Positions 24,870-34,505 of a stretch of 64,000 bases of DNA are shown here, piece by piece. Source of the DNA: Acutalibacter sp. (GTDB lineage: Bacteria; Bacillota; Clostridia; Oscillospirales; Acutalibacteraceae); the NCBI GenBank assembly GCA_020025775.1, contig JAHHRN010000006.1, positions 55,475 to 119,474 on the forward strand, read 5' to 3'. The notes under the pieces are model-generated. The model made no database searches. It had not been told where the DNA came from and saw only the letters and a list, made by a program, of their open reading frames with translations. Position numbers and translations under genes: made by a program. Every line of letters begins with the position of its first letter. The stretch's first letter is position 1.

Positions 24870-24917
24870 AGCTGATGACTTCTGTGCTTTTTGCGCAGAA
24901 ATTGTCAGCTTTTTTTA
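24870..24917 (+). terminator. Strong intrinsic terminator hairpin located between the promoter and the antiporter RBS
   Basis: AGCTGATGACTTCTGTGC-TTTTT-GCGCAGAAATTGTCAGCT (18-bp stem, 1 mismatch, some G-U pairs), then TTTTTTT, 13 nt before AAGGAG and ATG 24937. It is either the terminator of the UvrA-like gene or a leader attenuator. Confidence 0.7.
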
Positions 24918-24936
24918 TTTGTAAAGGAGATCATTT

Positions 24937-26151
24937 ATGTTAACTTCTCTCGCGCTCATCTTTTTAGTGGGGCTTTCTTTGGCGGCGATCTGCCAAAAAA
25001 TCAAGCTACCGCGCATCATCGGTATGCTCGTGACGGGCATTTTGTTAGGTCCGTTTGTTTTGGACTTTTTAGACCCGAAAATTCTTTCCATTTCGGCCGA
25101 GCTTCGGCAAATGGCGCTCATCATCATTCTCTTAAAAGCCGGTCTTTCCTTGAACCTTTCGGATTTAAAAAAGGTCGGCAGACCTGCGATTCTTTTATCG
25201 TTCGTCCCTGCCAGCTTTGAGCTTTTCGCCTATGTTATATTTGCGCCCCCGATTTTGGGTATTTCCAGAATTGAAGCCGCTTTAATGGGTGCGGTTTTGG
25301 CCGCCGTTTCCCCTGCCGTGGTTGTACCGCGCATGGTACATCTTATGGAATGCGGCTACGGCACGGAAAAAAGTATTCCGCAAATGATTTTAGCCGGTGC
25401 TTCCTGTGATGATATTTTCGTTATCGTTTTGTTTTCCACCTTTTTGGGCATGGCGCAGGGCTCTTCCGCCAGTGCGCTTGCCTTCTTAAACATCCCCGTT
25501 TCCATTGTGCTCGGTATTCTTTTGGGTGCACTCACGGGCTTTCTTTTAAGTCTTTTCTTCGAAACCGCTTATGCACACAAGCACTGCATTCGCAACAGCA
25601 CAAAGGTTGTGATTGTGCTTGGCGTTTCCTTCCTCTTAATGGCGATTGAAACGTGGCTCGAGGGCAAGGTTGCCGTTTCGGGACTGCTGGCAGTTGTGAG
25701 CATGGCGTGCGTGCTCAAAATCAAGAGCCTGGCTTTTGTTTCCAAGCGTCTTTCCGAAAAATTCGGCAAGCTTTGGATTGCGGCGGAGGTCATCCTCTTT
25801 GTGCTTGTCGGTGCGGCTGTGGATATTCGCTACACCTTCAAGGCAGGTGCCGGCGCGCTTCTGCTCATTTTCTTGGCACTCCTTGTCCGCTCGCTCGGCG
25901 TTATGGTCTGCTTAATCGGTACAAAGCTCACCGCAAAAGAACGCCTGTTCTGTGTGATTGCGTATTTACCCAAAGCAACCGTGCAGGCGGCTATCGGTTC
26001 TGTGCCCCTTTCCTTGGGACTCCCCTGCGGTCAGATTATTTTATCGGTCGCCGTGCTCGCGATTCTCGTGACCGCACCCCTCGGTGCACTCGGTATAGAT
26101 GCAACCTATAAAAAGCTTCTTGCAAAGAATCCAGAAGCTTCCGCAGAATAA
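24937..26151 (+). CDS. Cation:proton antiporter (Na+/H+ exchanger family, CPA)
   Basis: MLTSLALIFLVGLSLAAICQKIKLPRIIGMLVTGILLGPFVLDFL, typical CPA N-terminus. About 12 TM helices, 404 aa. Confidence 0.8.
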   Translation: MLTSLALIFLVGLSLAAICQKIKLPRIIGMLVTGILLGPFVLDFLDPKILSISAELRQMALIIILLKAGLSLNLSDLKKVGRPAILLSFVPASFELFAYVIFAPPILGISRIEAALMGAVLAAVSPAVVVPRMVHLMECGYGTEKSIPQMILAGASCDDIFVIVLFSTFLGMAQGSSASALAFLNIPVSIVLGILLGALTGFLLSLFFETAYAHKHCIRNSTKVVIVLGVSFLLMAIETWLEGKVAVSGLLAVVSMACVLKIKSLAFVSKRLSEKFGKLWIAAEVILFVLVGAAVDIRYTFKAGAGALLLIFLALLVRSLGVMVCLIGTKLTAKERLFCVIAYLPKATVQAAIGSVPLSLGLPCGQIILSVAVLAILVTAPLGALGIDATYKKLLAKNPEASAE

Positions 26152-26163
26152 AATAGTCAAAAG

Positions 26164-26197
26164 AAAAAGCCTCTTCTTTTTCGGAAGAGGCTTTTTC
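26164..26197. terminator. Bidirectional terminator
   Basis: AAAAGCCTCTTC-TTTTTCG-GAAGAGGCTTTTT between convergent genes. Confidence 0.8.
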
Positions 26198-26208
26198 TAT
26201 GGTTTCAA

Positions 26209-26661
26209 CTATTTAATTCTGATTTTGAAAATCGCTTTTTTAATCGTTTCGGGGGCATCGACCGCCACAGCCGTGCGGTGGGCATCCTTCGGATAGCAAA
26301 GGAGAAAATCGCCGTCTGTTAAAACGACATGGCTATTCGGCTCACCCTCGAGCGGCAGAAAATCATCTTTTTCGACATAGGGCTTTTGCTCCATTTTGTC
26401 GATAAAGCCCAAATCAATCTGCTCTCTGCCGCGAAGCATGATGTGCAAATCCAAATACTGACGATGTGCCTCCCAAAAACGCTGGTCGGCGGAGGTGGTT
26501 TCGTATTCCACGATATTCACAAACAAATCATCGCCGTCAATTTCGTGACAGCCCTTTTCATAGCTCAAAAGGTCGTGGTCTTTCACATACTGAAAGCATT
26601 TCTCAATCGTTTCGCCGAGAAACGGAAACTGGTTTTCTTCATAGATATTTGAAAAAATCAT
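26209..26661 (-). CDS. YhcH/YjgK/YiaL (DUF386) family protein, sialic-acid-cluster associated
   Basis: 150 aa. HEIDGDDLFVNIVEYETTSADQRFWEAHRQYLDLHIMLRGREQI is the family hallmark. Last gene of the nanA-transporter operon. Confidence 0.75.
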   Translation of the reverse strand: MIFSNIYEENQFPFLGETIEKCFQYVKDHDLLSYEKGCHEIDGDDLFVNIVEYETTSADQRFWEAHRQYLDLHIMLRGREQIDLGFIDKMEQKPYVEKDDFLPLEGEPNSHVVLTDGDFLLCYPKDAHRTAVAVDAPETIKKAIFKIRIK

Positions 26662-26726
26662 CGCTGTACCTCCAAAGTAGTTCCTTTAGAATATCCTCCC
26701 GACAAAGATGCCGGGAGGATGTTTTT

Positions 26727-28250
26727 TTAGCTCTTATAAATAGTTGTGTGCGGTGCGGGCTTAGAAGTATCATGCTTTACCTTGCGGTAAATCGCACTTG
26801 CCGGAATACCGACGATGAGGGACACCGCAATCGAAATGATAGAGTAAGACCAAATGGAAACGGTGAAATCGGGCGCAATGTGCGGTAAACCGTACTTAAT
26901 GAAAATCATCACAGCGGAAGCTGCAACGAAGGCACAAATCGCGCCGCAGGTGTTGCCGACCTTGGTGAATGCACCGAGGACGAACACGCCGACCAAGATG
27001 CCGAGCACAAGACCCATAAAGCCGTTGAACCACTCATAAGCGGATTTTACGCCGCCGTTGGCAAGGAGCATCGCCACAAGAATGGAGAAGATGCCGACGG
27101 CAAGGGAAACGTACTGACCGATTTTAGTCTGCTTTTCCATGCTGATTTCTTTTTTGGAAATACGCGCTTGAATATCCATAGTCCAGCTGGATGCCACAGA
27201 GTTAAGGCCTGTGGAAAGTGTGGACTGTGCCGCCGCGTAAATCGCCGCAAGTAAAAGACCTGTAACGCCAACGGGAAGCTCGAACGCAATCCATGAAGCG
27301 AAAATCTGGTCTTGCTGTGCCGCGGGCGGAAGCGGATTGCCGTCTACTTGATAGAAAACATAAAGACCTGTACCGATGAAGTAGAAAACGGTGGCGATGA
27401 AAATCGAAAGACCGCCGTTGGTGAGCATCATCTTATTGAGCTTTTTGGTATCGGTCGTTGTGGTGAAGCGCTGCACAATATCCTGGCTCGAAACATAGGA
27501 GCTCATGGTATTGAAGCCTGCGCCGACGATTAAGAGGAATACGCTGTCTTTGAGCAGATTGGGGTCAAAGATGCGCTGGTTCTCGGCTAAGAACTTATGT
27601 CCCTCGGTGAACTGGTGGAAAATCGCACCGAAGCCGCCGTCTAAATGGGCAACCAAGAAAATAAGGCCGAAGGTAACACCGATTAAAAGAACAGAGCCTT
27701 GAATGAAGTCCGTCCACAAAACGGATTTAAGGCCGCCGGTGTAGGAATAGATAATCGCGATAACGCCCATGACAATAATTAAAATATTTACGTTGATGCC
27801 CATGAGATTGGAGAGCACCATACAAGGCAAATACATAATAATGGACATTCTGCCGATTTGGTAAATGATGAACATGACTGCGCCGAGGACGCGAAGCCCC
27901 TTACTGTTGAAACGGATTTCAAGGTAATGATAGGCGGTATCAATATCGAGCTTACTGTAAATCGGCAGGAAAAACCGAATCGTAATGGGAATGGCAAGCA
28001 ACATGCCGAGCTGTGCAAACCACATAATCCACGTGCCCGCATAAGAGTTGCCTGCCAAAGACAGGAAGGAAATCGGACTCAAAAGCGTTGCAAAAATGGA
28101 CACCGAGGTTACCCACCACGGAATACTGCCGTCGCCTTTAAAATACTCTTTTCCCTTCATTTCGCGTTTGGCAAAATGAAGGCCGACCAGCAAAACGGCT
28201 ACTAAATAAACAATTAAGATTGCTAAATCGACATAGGTAAAGCCTTGCAT
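26727..28250 (-). CDS. Sodium:solute symporter (SSS) family transporter, probable sialic acid transporter by context
   Basis: 507 aa, about 13 TM helices, N-terminus ...LVGLHFAKREMKGKEYF typical of SSS. Sits between nanA and yhcH. Confidence 0.75.
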   Translation of the reverse strand: MQGFTYVDLAILIVYLVAVLLVGLHFAKREMKGKEYFKGDGSIPWWVTSVSIFATLLSPISFLSLAGNSYAGTWIMWFAQLGMLLAIPITIRFFLPIYSKLDIDTAYHYLEIRFNSKGLRVLGAVMFIIYQIGRMSIIMYLPCMVLSNLMGINVNILIIVMGVIAIIYSYTGGLKSVLWTDFIQGSVLLIGVTFGLIFLVAHLDGGFGAIFHQFTEGHKFLAENQRIFDPNLLKDSVFLLIVGAGFNTMSSYVSSQDIVQRFTTTTDTKKLNKMMLTNGGLSIFIATVFYFIGTGLYVFYQVDGNPLPPAAQQDQIFASWIAFELPVGVTGLLLAAIYAAAQSTLSTGLNSVASSWTMDIQARISKKEISMEKQTKIGQYVSLAVGIFSILVAMLLANGGVKSAYEWFNGFMGLVLGILVGVFVLGAFTKVGNTCGAICAFVAASAVMIFIKYGLPHIAPDFTVSIWSYSIISIAVSLIVGIPASAIYRKVKHDTSKPAPHTTIYKS

Positions 28251-28293
28251 AGAACCCCTCCTATTATTCAGTTAAAAGAGAAGAAAAAACGGT

Positions 28294-29220
28294 TTATAAG
28301 AACTTTTTCTTAGCTTCTGCTACCATAGCGGCCGCTTCCTTCGCAATCGCAATATCGCCTGCCTGAAGGTTCTCAAGAGGCTCGCGAACGCCACCAATGT
28401 TGAGGTTTTCGTTGGTGCGAAGTACCTCTTTAGCTACAGCGTACATATTCGCGTGAGAAGAGCACATCTTATAGATAATCTCGTTGATTGCATACTGAAG
28501 CTCACGTGCTGTGTCGCGCTCGCCTGCCATAAGAAGCTCATTGAGCTTTAAGAAGAGCTCGGGCATTACGCCGTAGGTGCCGCCGATACCGGCATCTGCA
28601 CCGATAGCACGGCCGGCTACGAACTGCTCGTCCGGACCGTTGAACACGATGAAGTCATCACGCTGTGCAAGACCCTCTGCCTTAAACATCTGAATATCCT
28701 GGGTCGGCATGGAGGAGTTCTTAACGGCGATTACTCTCGGGTTCTTGAGCATTTCTTTAAAGAGGCTCATAGTAAGGGCTGTGCCTGCGAGCTGAGGAAT
28801 GTTATAAATTACGAAATCGGTATTCGGTGCGGCGGCGCTGATTGCGTTCCAATAAGCCGCAATGGAATACTCAGGCAGGTGGAAATAAATGGGCGGAATG
28901 GAAGCGATTGCATCTACGCCGACGCTTTCGGAATGGCGAGCCAGCTCTACGCTGTCTCTCGTGTTATTGCATGCTACGTGGTTGATAACGGTAAGCTTAC
29001 CTTTAGCAACCTTCATTACGTTTTCGATAATGATTTTACGCTCTTCTACCCCTTGGTAAATGCATTCACCGGAAGAACCGTTTACATATACACCCTTTAC
29101 GCCCTTGTCGATGAAATACTGTGTGAGCTTCTGCACACGCTCCGGGCTGACGTTGCCGTCCTCATCATAGCAGGCATAAAATGCGGGGATAATGCCTCTG
29201 TACTTATCTAACTTATTCAT
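28294..29220 (-). CDS. nanA: N-acetylneuraminate lyase (DHDPS/NAL family)
   Basis: GIIPAFYACYDEDGNVS...GVKGVYVNGSSGECIYQ, the NAL-type GSSGE motif. 308 aa. Operon context with the SSS transporter and yhcH. Confidence 0.8.
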   Translation of the reverse strand: MNKLDKYRGIIPAFYACYDEDGNVSPERVQKLTQYFIDKGVKGVYVNGSSGECIYQGVEERKIIIENVMKVAKGKLTVINHVACNNTRDSVELARHSESVGVDAIASIPPIYFHLPEYSIAAYWNAISAAAPNTDFVIYNIPQLAGTALTMSLFKEMLKNPRVIAVKNSSMPTQDIQMFKAEGLAQRDDFIVFNGPDEQFVAGRAIGADAGIGGTYGVMPELFLKLNELLMAGERDTARELQYAINEIIYKMCSSHANMYAVAKEVLRTNENLNIGGVREPLENLQAGDIAIAKEAAAMVAEAKKKFL

Positions 29221-29619
29221 AGTTTGCTCCTTTCCGCTTGCCGCAAAGCAAGTGCCCTAAAAAATTTTTCGTCATCGAGAGAAAATCTTTTGCTTTTCTA
29301 AAATAAAAAACAAAAGTTAGGTTTCTGAATCATCGCTTTTGGCGAAAAATATAACGCGTTTTCTCTCGGTTCTATTTTATTGTAACATTAAGATTTTAAT
29401 ATGTCTATAAATTCATAGCATAATCCCATAAAATATTCAAAATCTATTTTATACATATTAAATAAAATTTGTGTATACGAAGTAAACATTTTAACAAATC
29501 GTTTCAAGTTCGTTAAAAATCAGACAATCTTGAAAATCGGCGTTCCCTTTTGGCTTTCGGAAAAGGCCGTGGACAGCCGGCACTAGGTGTGATACAATAA
29601 AATTAGATTTTAAAAAGAG

Positions 29620-31071
29620 GTGTTCGGTTTGAAAACACAAAAACTGAAAGGCTTAGAGCCTGCGGCGGTATTTTCTTATTTTGAGGAAATCTGCTCTATC
29701 CCCCACGGCTCGGGAAACACAAAACAAATCAGCGATTATCTTGTAAATTTTGCCAAAGCCGAGGGGCTTTCTTATAAACAGGATGCGTTAAATAACGTGA
29801 TTTTATGCGCAGACGGCACCTGCGGTTTAGAAAATCATGAACCTGTTATTTTACAAGGACATATGGATATGGTCTGCGAACAGGATGCGGATTCCCCCAT
29901 AGATATGGAAAAAGAGGGCTTAAATCTACAGCAGGACGGCAGCTTCGTTTTTGCCAAAGGCACTACACTTGGCGGCGATGACGGTATCGCCGTCGCCTAT
30001 GCGTTAGCTCTTTTGGCGGACAGAACCATTCCCCACCCGCCCTTAGAAGTGATTATTACGGTAGACGAAGAAACCGGCATGGAGGGTGCCATGGGCATTG
30101 ACCTTTCCATGTTAAAGGGTAAAAAATTCATCAATTTAGATTCCGAGGACGAAGGTGTTTTCACGGTTTCCTGTGCCGGCGGTGCAAAATCGACCCTTCA
30201 CCTGCCGCTGGAGCGTGTAAGTGCTAACGGTCAATCCTATGCGCTCTCTGTGGCACACCTTATCGGCGGTCACTCGGGCGTGGAAATCCACAAAAGCCGT
30301 GTAAATGCCAACAAGGTCATGGGCGAACTTTTAAAGCGCATCGAGGCGATTTCTCCCCTTTCGATTGCAGAACTTGCAGGCGGTGCAAAAGATAATGCCA
30401 TTCCGCGCAGTGCTGAAGCTTTGATTTTAACCGATGCTAAAATCGAAAGTCTGCGCCAAATTGCCGCTTCGCTCGAAAAAGAAATCCACGAAACCTTTGA
30501 CGAGCCACAGGCGGAAATCCTAGTTACCGCAAAGGGAGACTGCACAGCTTCTGCTCTTTCCGAAGCCGATTCCCACAAGCTCATTGCCCTTTTGCAGGAA
30601 GTGCCGAACGGCGTTCAGCGTTGGAGCGAGGATATTGAGGGTCTGGTGGAAACGAGCCTCAATTTAGGTATTTTAGAGCTTTCGGAACAGGAGGCGGCAC
30701 TTACCTTTGCCGTCAGAAGCTCTGTGAATCAAAACAAAGATGCCCTCATCGGCAAGCTTCAACAGATTGCCAAAACCTATGGTGCCGCTTACACCGAGCG
30801 TGGCACCTATCCGGCTTGGGAATACAAAAAGGATTCTCCGCTTCGGGACGCTTTCGTAGCGGCTTTTGAAAAGCTCTATCACAAAGCACCGAAGGTCGAA
30901 GCCATTCATGCTGGTCTCGAATGTGGTTTATTCGGTGAAAAGATAAAAGATTTAGACTGCATTTCTTTAGGGCCGCAAATGCACGACATCCACACCAGCC
31001 GTGAAAAATTGGACATTGCATCCACGGAAAGAACTTGGAAATTGCTCCTCGAAGTTTTAAAAGCATTATAA
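29620..31071 (+). CDS. pepD: Aminoacyl-histidine (Xaa-His) dipeptidase, M20C family
   Basis: FEEICSIPHGSGN, ILQGHMDMVCEQ, TVDEETGMEGA, HAGLECG. The start may be TTG 29629 (AAGAGG 9 nt upstream) rather than GTG 29620. Confidence 0.85.
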   Translation: MFGLKTQKLKGLEPAAVFSYFEEICSIPHGSGNTKQISDYLVNFAKAEGLSYKQDALNNVILCADGTCGLENHEPVILQGHMDMVCEQDADSPIDMEKEGLNLQQDGSFVFAKGTTLGGDDGIAVAYALALLADRTIPHPPLEVIITVDEETGMEGAMGIDLSMLKGKKFINLDSEDEGVFTVSCAGGAKSTLHLPLERVSANGQSYALSVAHLIGGHSGVEIHKSRVNANKVMGELLKRIEAISPLSIAELAGGAKDNAIPRSAEALILTDAKIESLRQIAASLEKEIHETFDEPQAEILVTAKGDCTASALSEADSHKLIALLQEVPNGVQRWSEDIEGLVETSLNLGILELSEQEAALTFAVRSSVNQNKDALIGKLQQIAKTYGAAYTERGTYPAWEYKKDSPLRDAFVAAFEKLYHKAPKVEAIHAGLECGLFGEKIKDLDCISLGPQMHDIHTSREKLDIASTERTWKLLLEVLKAL

Positions 31072-31100
31072 ATCGAGCAAATCCAGAAGCAAGGTAATTT

Positions 31101-31242
31101 ATGAAACAGTACACCGGCAAAGAACAAGTAAAGGAAAAAATCAAAAAAAGCTTACGCCAAGTTTATTGTAAAATTTGATACTATTCCGGAAGTGAAAAAA
31201 GCTCATGTTATAAATTTCGGCTTTTGCGTACCAATTTGTTAA
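31101..31242 (+). pseudogene. Possible frameshifted N-terminal remnant of a ClbS/DfsB (DUF1706)-like gene
   Basis: ATG 31101 gives MKQYTGKEQVKEKIKKSLRQVYCKI*. The overlapping +1 frame continues KFDTIPEVKKAHV... to a stop at 31242. It resembles the DUF1706 N-terminus (...EL.EEI.K....I.EFD.IPE) from memory only. Confidence 0.3.
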
Positions 31243-31270
31243 ACTTATTCAAAGCTTTCATAAACACAAC

Positions 31271-31309
31271 AAAAATCCCCGAGCTGTGTAAGACAGTTCG
31301 GGGATTTTT
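31271..31309. terminator. Bidirectional terminator
   Basis: AAAAATCCCCGAGCTGT-GTAAG-ACAGTTCGGGGATTTTT. Confidence 0.8.
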
Positions 31310-31326
31310 ATATTTTTTAGAAGAAA

Positions 31327-32814
31327 TCAATACGTTTCGTTTTCTGTGTTATGTAAACGGCGTTCTTCGAGTTCTTCTTGAATTTTCTGCTTTTTCTTGC
31401 CGGTATAATCATTAAAGAACATCGGAATCATGGTTAAAAGGAAACCGATTGCCGGAAGAAGTGTAACCATAATAAGAAGCCATTTTTGTGTTTCGGGCGT
31501 TTGCTGTGCCAAAATCTGTTTGCCCATGACATCCAAATTATCGGCAATCGGTTCTTGATAGTTCCCGACTTTCAAAATCCAGCCCGTTGCCACACCCGCG
31601 ATACCGGCTGTAATTTTGGAAAGGAAGGTTTGGAAGGCAAAGCAAACACCTTCGGAACGCTTGCCGGTTTTCCACTGCATATAATCCACGGAATCAGCAA
31701 TAAAGGCATAGGTGATTACGTTGTAAATACCAAGCGGGAAGCCCATGAAGAAGAGGCAAACCCAAAGCAAATAAATATTGATATGACTGGGGTCGCCCAT
31801 AAAGAGTAAATAGCATACACAATGTGCAATTACGCCGAAAATGGAAGAACCGATATAAATCTGTTTGAGGTCGAACTTTTTGCGAAGCATCGGGAAAACA
31901 ATCATCGCCGGAATCATACCTGCGCCGATTGCGACGGTCAGCGTTGTAAGAATAGTTCCGCGCGGAATCCAGAAGCCGCCTGCCTTATAAGCTTCGACGA
32001 CATTATTTGTTTGCGCGAGCACGTCGAAATCTGTGTAGCCTTGAATAATCAAATAGTTTGCAATATAGTCTGCGGAGATGTTGGCAATGACCATAGTAGA
32101 ACCAAGAAGTGCTGCCAAAATTACAAGAAGTAAAAGTTTATTCTGTCCCACCTCACGCACAGTTTCCTTAAAGGTAGGGGTTACTGTAGAAGGCTCGATT
32201 CTTTCCTTGGAGGTAAAGAAAATCGAAATAGAAAGTGCAGCACCGACAACACCAAACAATACGGCGCTGACCAAATAACCATTTTTAAGACCTAAGGAAG
32301 ACTGACGGAATACCGGAACTAAAAGTGCGGGTAAAATGCCGCCGAAGGTGGAGCCGAGACGTCCGTTGGAAATAAACTGCGTTCTTTCTTTTTCATTCGG
32401 TGTGATAACAGAGGTAAGCCCCCAAAACGGCACATCCTGAATGGTAAAGCATACGCCCCACAAAACATAAGTCACTGCTGCATAAGTGATTTTCGCCGCA
32501 GAGCCCTCAAACGGAGCGAGGAAAAGAAGGATAGTCGAAATGCACACCGGAAGCGGAGAAAACAGAAGATAGGGACGCATTTTGCCCCATTTGGAACGTG
32601 TTTTATCCACAATCATGCCCATCAGCGGGTCATTTAATGCATCAAAAATTCTGCCGCCGAGAATAATGCTGCTCGCCACAACGGCATCAATTTTGGCAAC
32701 GTCTATCAAGAATACAAGATAGAACATCGTCATAATTGTATAAATACCGCTTCTACCGAAAGCGGACAAAGGAAAGCTAATTTTTTCCTTTAAGGTCAAA
32801 TATTTCTTTTCCAT
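31327..32814 (-). CDS. Glycoside-pentoside-hexuronide (GPH):cation symporter, MFS
   Basis: 495 aa, 12 TM helices. GRIFDALNDPLMGMIVDKTRSKWGKMRPYLL is the GPH/MelB signature region. Confidence 0.8.
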   Translation of the reverse strand: MEKKYLTLKEKISFPLSAFGRSGIYTIMTMFYLVFLIDVAKIDAVVASSIILGGRIFDALNDPLMGMIVDKTRSKWGKMRPYLLFSPLPVCISTILLFLAPFEGSAAKITYAAVTYVLWGVCFTIQDVPFWGLTSVITPNEKERTQFISNGRLGSTFGGILPALLVPVFRQSSLGLKNGYLVSAVLFGVVGAALSISIFFTSKERIEPSTVTPTFKETVREVGQNKLLLLVILAALLGSTMVIANISADYIANYLIIQGYTDFDVLAQTNNVVEAYKAGGFWIPRGTILTTLTVAIGAGMIPAMIVFPMLRKKFDLKQIYIGSSIFGVIAHCVCYLLFMGDPSHINIYLLWVCLFFMGFPLGIYNVITYAFIADSVDYMQWKTGKRSEGVCFAFQTFLSKITAGIAGVATGWILKVGNYQEPIADNLDVMGKQILAQQTPETQKWLLIMVTLLPAIGFLLTMIPMFFNDYTGKKKQKIQEELEERRLHNTENETY

Positions 32815-32834
32815 ATGGTTTCTCTCTTTCTAGA

Positions 32835-34157
32835 TTACTTCTTTCGAATGCGGTATGCCGGTAAAATTTTCGGCTTCTTTTCGCCGGCGTTTACCATTTC
32901 ACGAATCATCATCTGGCGAAGCTCTTGGCGCACCTGTTCATAAGCCGGGTCTTTAATCAAGTTATCTTTTTCAATAGGGTCTTTTTCCAAATCGTAAAGA
33001 TAATCTTCAAAATAGACATTCGCGCTGTGTGCCACATAGCCCGACGGCGCCATAGTGCGAATTGCGTATTTATATTTCTTGGTGCGAATCGCTCTGCCGC
33101 ACTGGCTTTCACTCACCTGAATGAATACGCAGTCTCTCTCCTCCCCGGTTTTCATCTGCTGCATCAAGGATTTACCCATATAGCTCATTGGAATATCAAT
33201 GCCTGCCATATCCAAAAGCGTGGGCGGCAGGTCAATCAGGCTAACCAAACGATCATCCACTTTACCGCCTTTGAACATACCGCCGCTGATGATGAGCGGT
33301 GTATGTGTTGCACTGTCGTGGCAGCTTCTCTTATATTCTAAATTTCTGGTTTTAAAATGAGAACCGTGGTCACTCGTATAGATAATAATGGTATTTTCGT
33401 AAAGTCCCTTTTCTTTCAGCTTTTGCACTAGCTTGCCGACATTGTCATCAAGGCTGTGAATCGCAGCGAGATAATCGGGATACATTTCCGCATAGTCGCC
33501 CGGTAAAAAGGAGAGGTCCTCAGGGATAGGATAATCTTTAAACTGGGGTACAAATTCTTTTTTGCCCTCATAGCAATGGTGGTCATTTTGATGATGCGGT
33601 TCGATATGGGAAACGAACATAAAAAACGGCTTATCCGAGGTCTTTTGCTCTAAATATTCGAGAGCAAAATCGTTAATGCAATCGGCTCTGTAGCCCTTAA
33701 AATCAATTTGATTGCCGTCGCCGTCGAATACATAACCGTCGTAACCGTGGGAAGTGAATTCCAAAACGTCGGCAGCTCTCCACCAATCCTTGTAGCCGCC
33801 TTGACGTTCTTTCGGAACAGCGGTTTTCTCACAATGAAACCCCACATTCGGAAGGCGGTCAGAGGCTAAATGCCATTTGCCGATATAGGCCGTTTCATAG
33901 CCTGCTTCATTAAAATATTCTGCCAAGGGTTTAATATCTTGCGGCAAAGCAATGCCGTTCCAATAGCACTTATTCTGTGTCGCATAAACGCCCGTTTGCA
34001 AGCAGGCTCTTGCCGGACCGCAGACCGGCTGACAGGTAAAAGAATCGCTGAAGGTTACACCGTCTCTACCAAGTTCCATTAGATTCGGTGTCACGGTTTC
34101 ATTCACCGTATCCCAACGCTGTTGATCACTGAAATAAAAAATAATATTCGGTTTCAA
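32835..34157 (-). CDS. Cys-type sulfatase (formylglycine-dependent), no signal peptide
   Basis: MKPNIIFYFSDQQRWDT. C-x-P-x-R maturation motif in QPVCGPARACLQTG. YTSDHGS. 20-nt gap to the GPH gene downstream. Confidence 0.85.
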   Translation of the reverse strand: MKPNIIFYFSDQQRWDTVNETVTPNLMELGRDGVTFSDSFTCQPVCGPARACLQTGVYATQNKCYWNGIALPQDIKPLAEYFNEAGYETAYIGKWHLASDRLPNVGFHCEKTAVPKERQGGYKDWWRAADVLEFTSHGYDGYVFDGDGNQIDFKGYRADCINDFALEYLEQKTSDKPFFMFVSHIEPHHQNDHHCYEGKKEFVPQFKDYPIPEDLSFLPGDYAEMYPDYLAAIHSLDDNVGKLVQKLKEKGLYENTIIIYTSDHGSHFKTRNLEYKRSCHDSATHTPLIISGGMFKGGKVDDRLVSLIDLPPTLLDMAGIDIPMSYMGKSLMQQMKTGEERDCVFIQVSESQCGRAIRTKKYKYAIRTMAPSGYVAHSANVYFEDYLYDLEKDPIEKDNLIKDPAYEQVRQELRQMMIREMVNAGEKKPKILPAYRIRKK

Positions 34158-34449
34158 AGATTTTTCCTCCGTGTTCTATAATTTTCAGTAAAGCTATACT
34201 GAAAGGAAAATCGCACCGTCAAAGATCCAAGCACAAAAACAGCAGCACACGAAAAACTGTTTTGGGTCTCGTTTTTCGCATGCTTGCTTTCGTGAATATT
34301 TATATATAAACGATGCGATTGTTATTTTTTCTGTACAATTATACCATTTTGTTTTGCAAATCTCAATTATAGGAAGTTTCAAAGATTTCCCCTTTTTTTG
34401 TACGTTCTAACCGAAAAGATTGTTATTTTCTTATCAATATTGCTCTTTA

Positions 34450-34493
34450 CAAAAATAAAATCCCCAAACTGCCAAAACACAGCTTGGGGATTT
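34450..34493 (-). terminator. Intrinsic terminator after the radical-SAM gene
   Basis: Minus strand reads AATCCCCAAGCTG-TGTTTTGG-CAGTTTGGGGATT followed by TTATTTTTGT. Confidence 0.65.
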
Positions 34494-34505
34494 CTTACCC
34501 AAAAT

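Noticed and set aside
29221-29619. 400-bp AT-rich spacer between nanA and pepD, scanned for small ORFs, riboswitch cores or repeats
   Set aside because: I could not recognise any conserved RNA core, palindrome of 10 bp or more, or plausible small ORF. It is probably just two divergent promoters. It is flagged only as a place to look, within the glycan-cluster finding.
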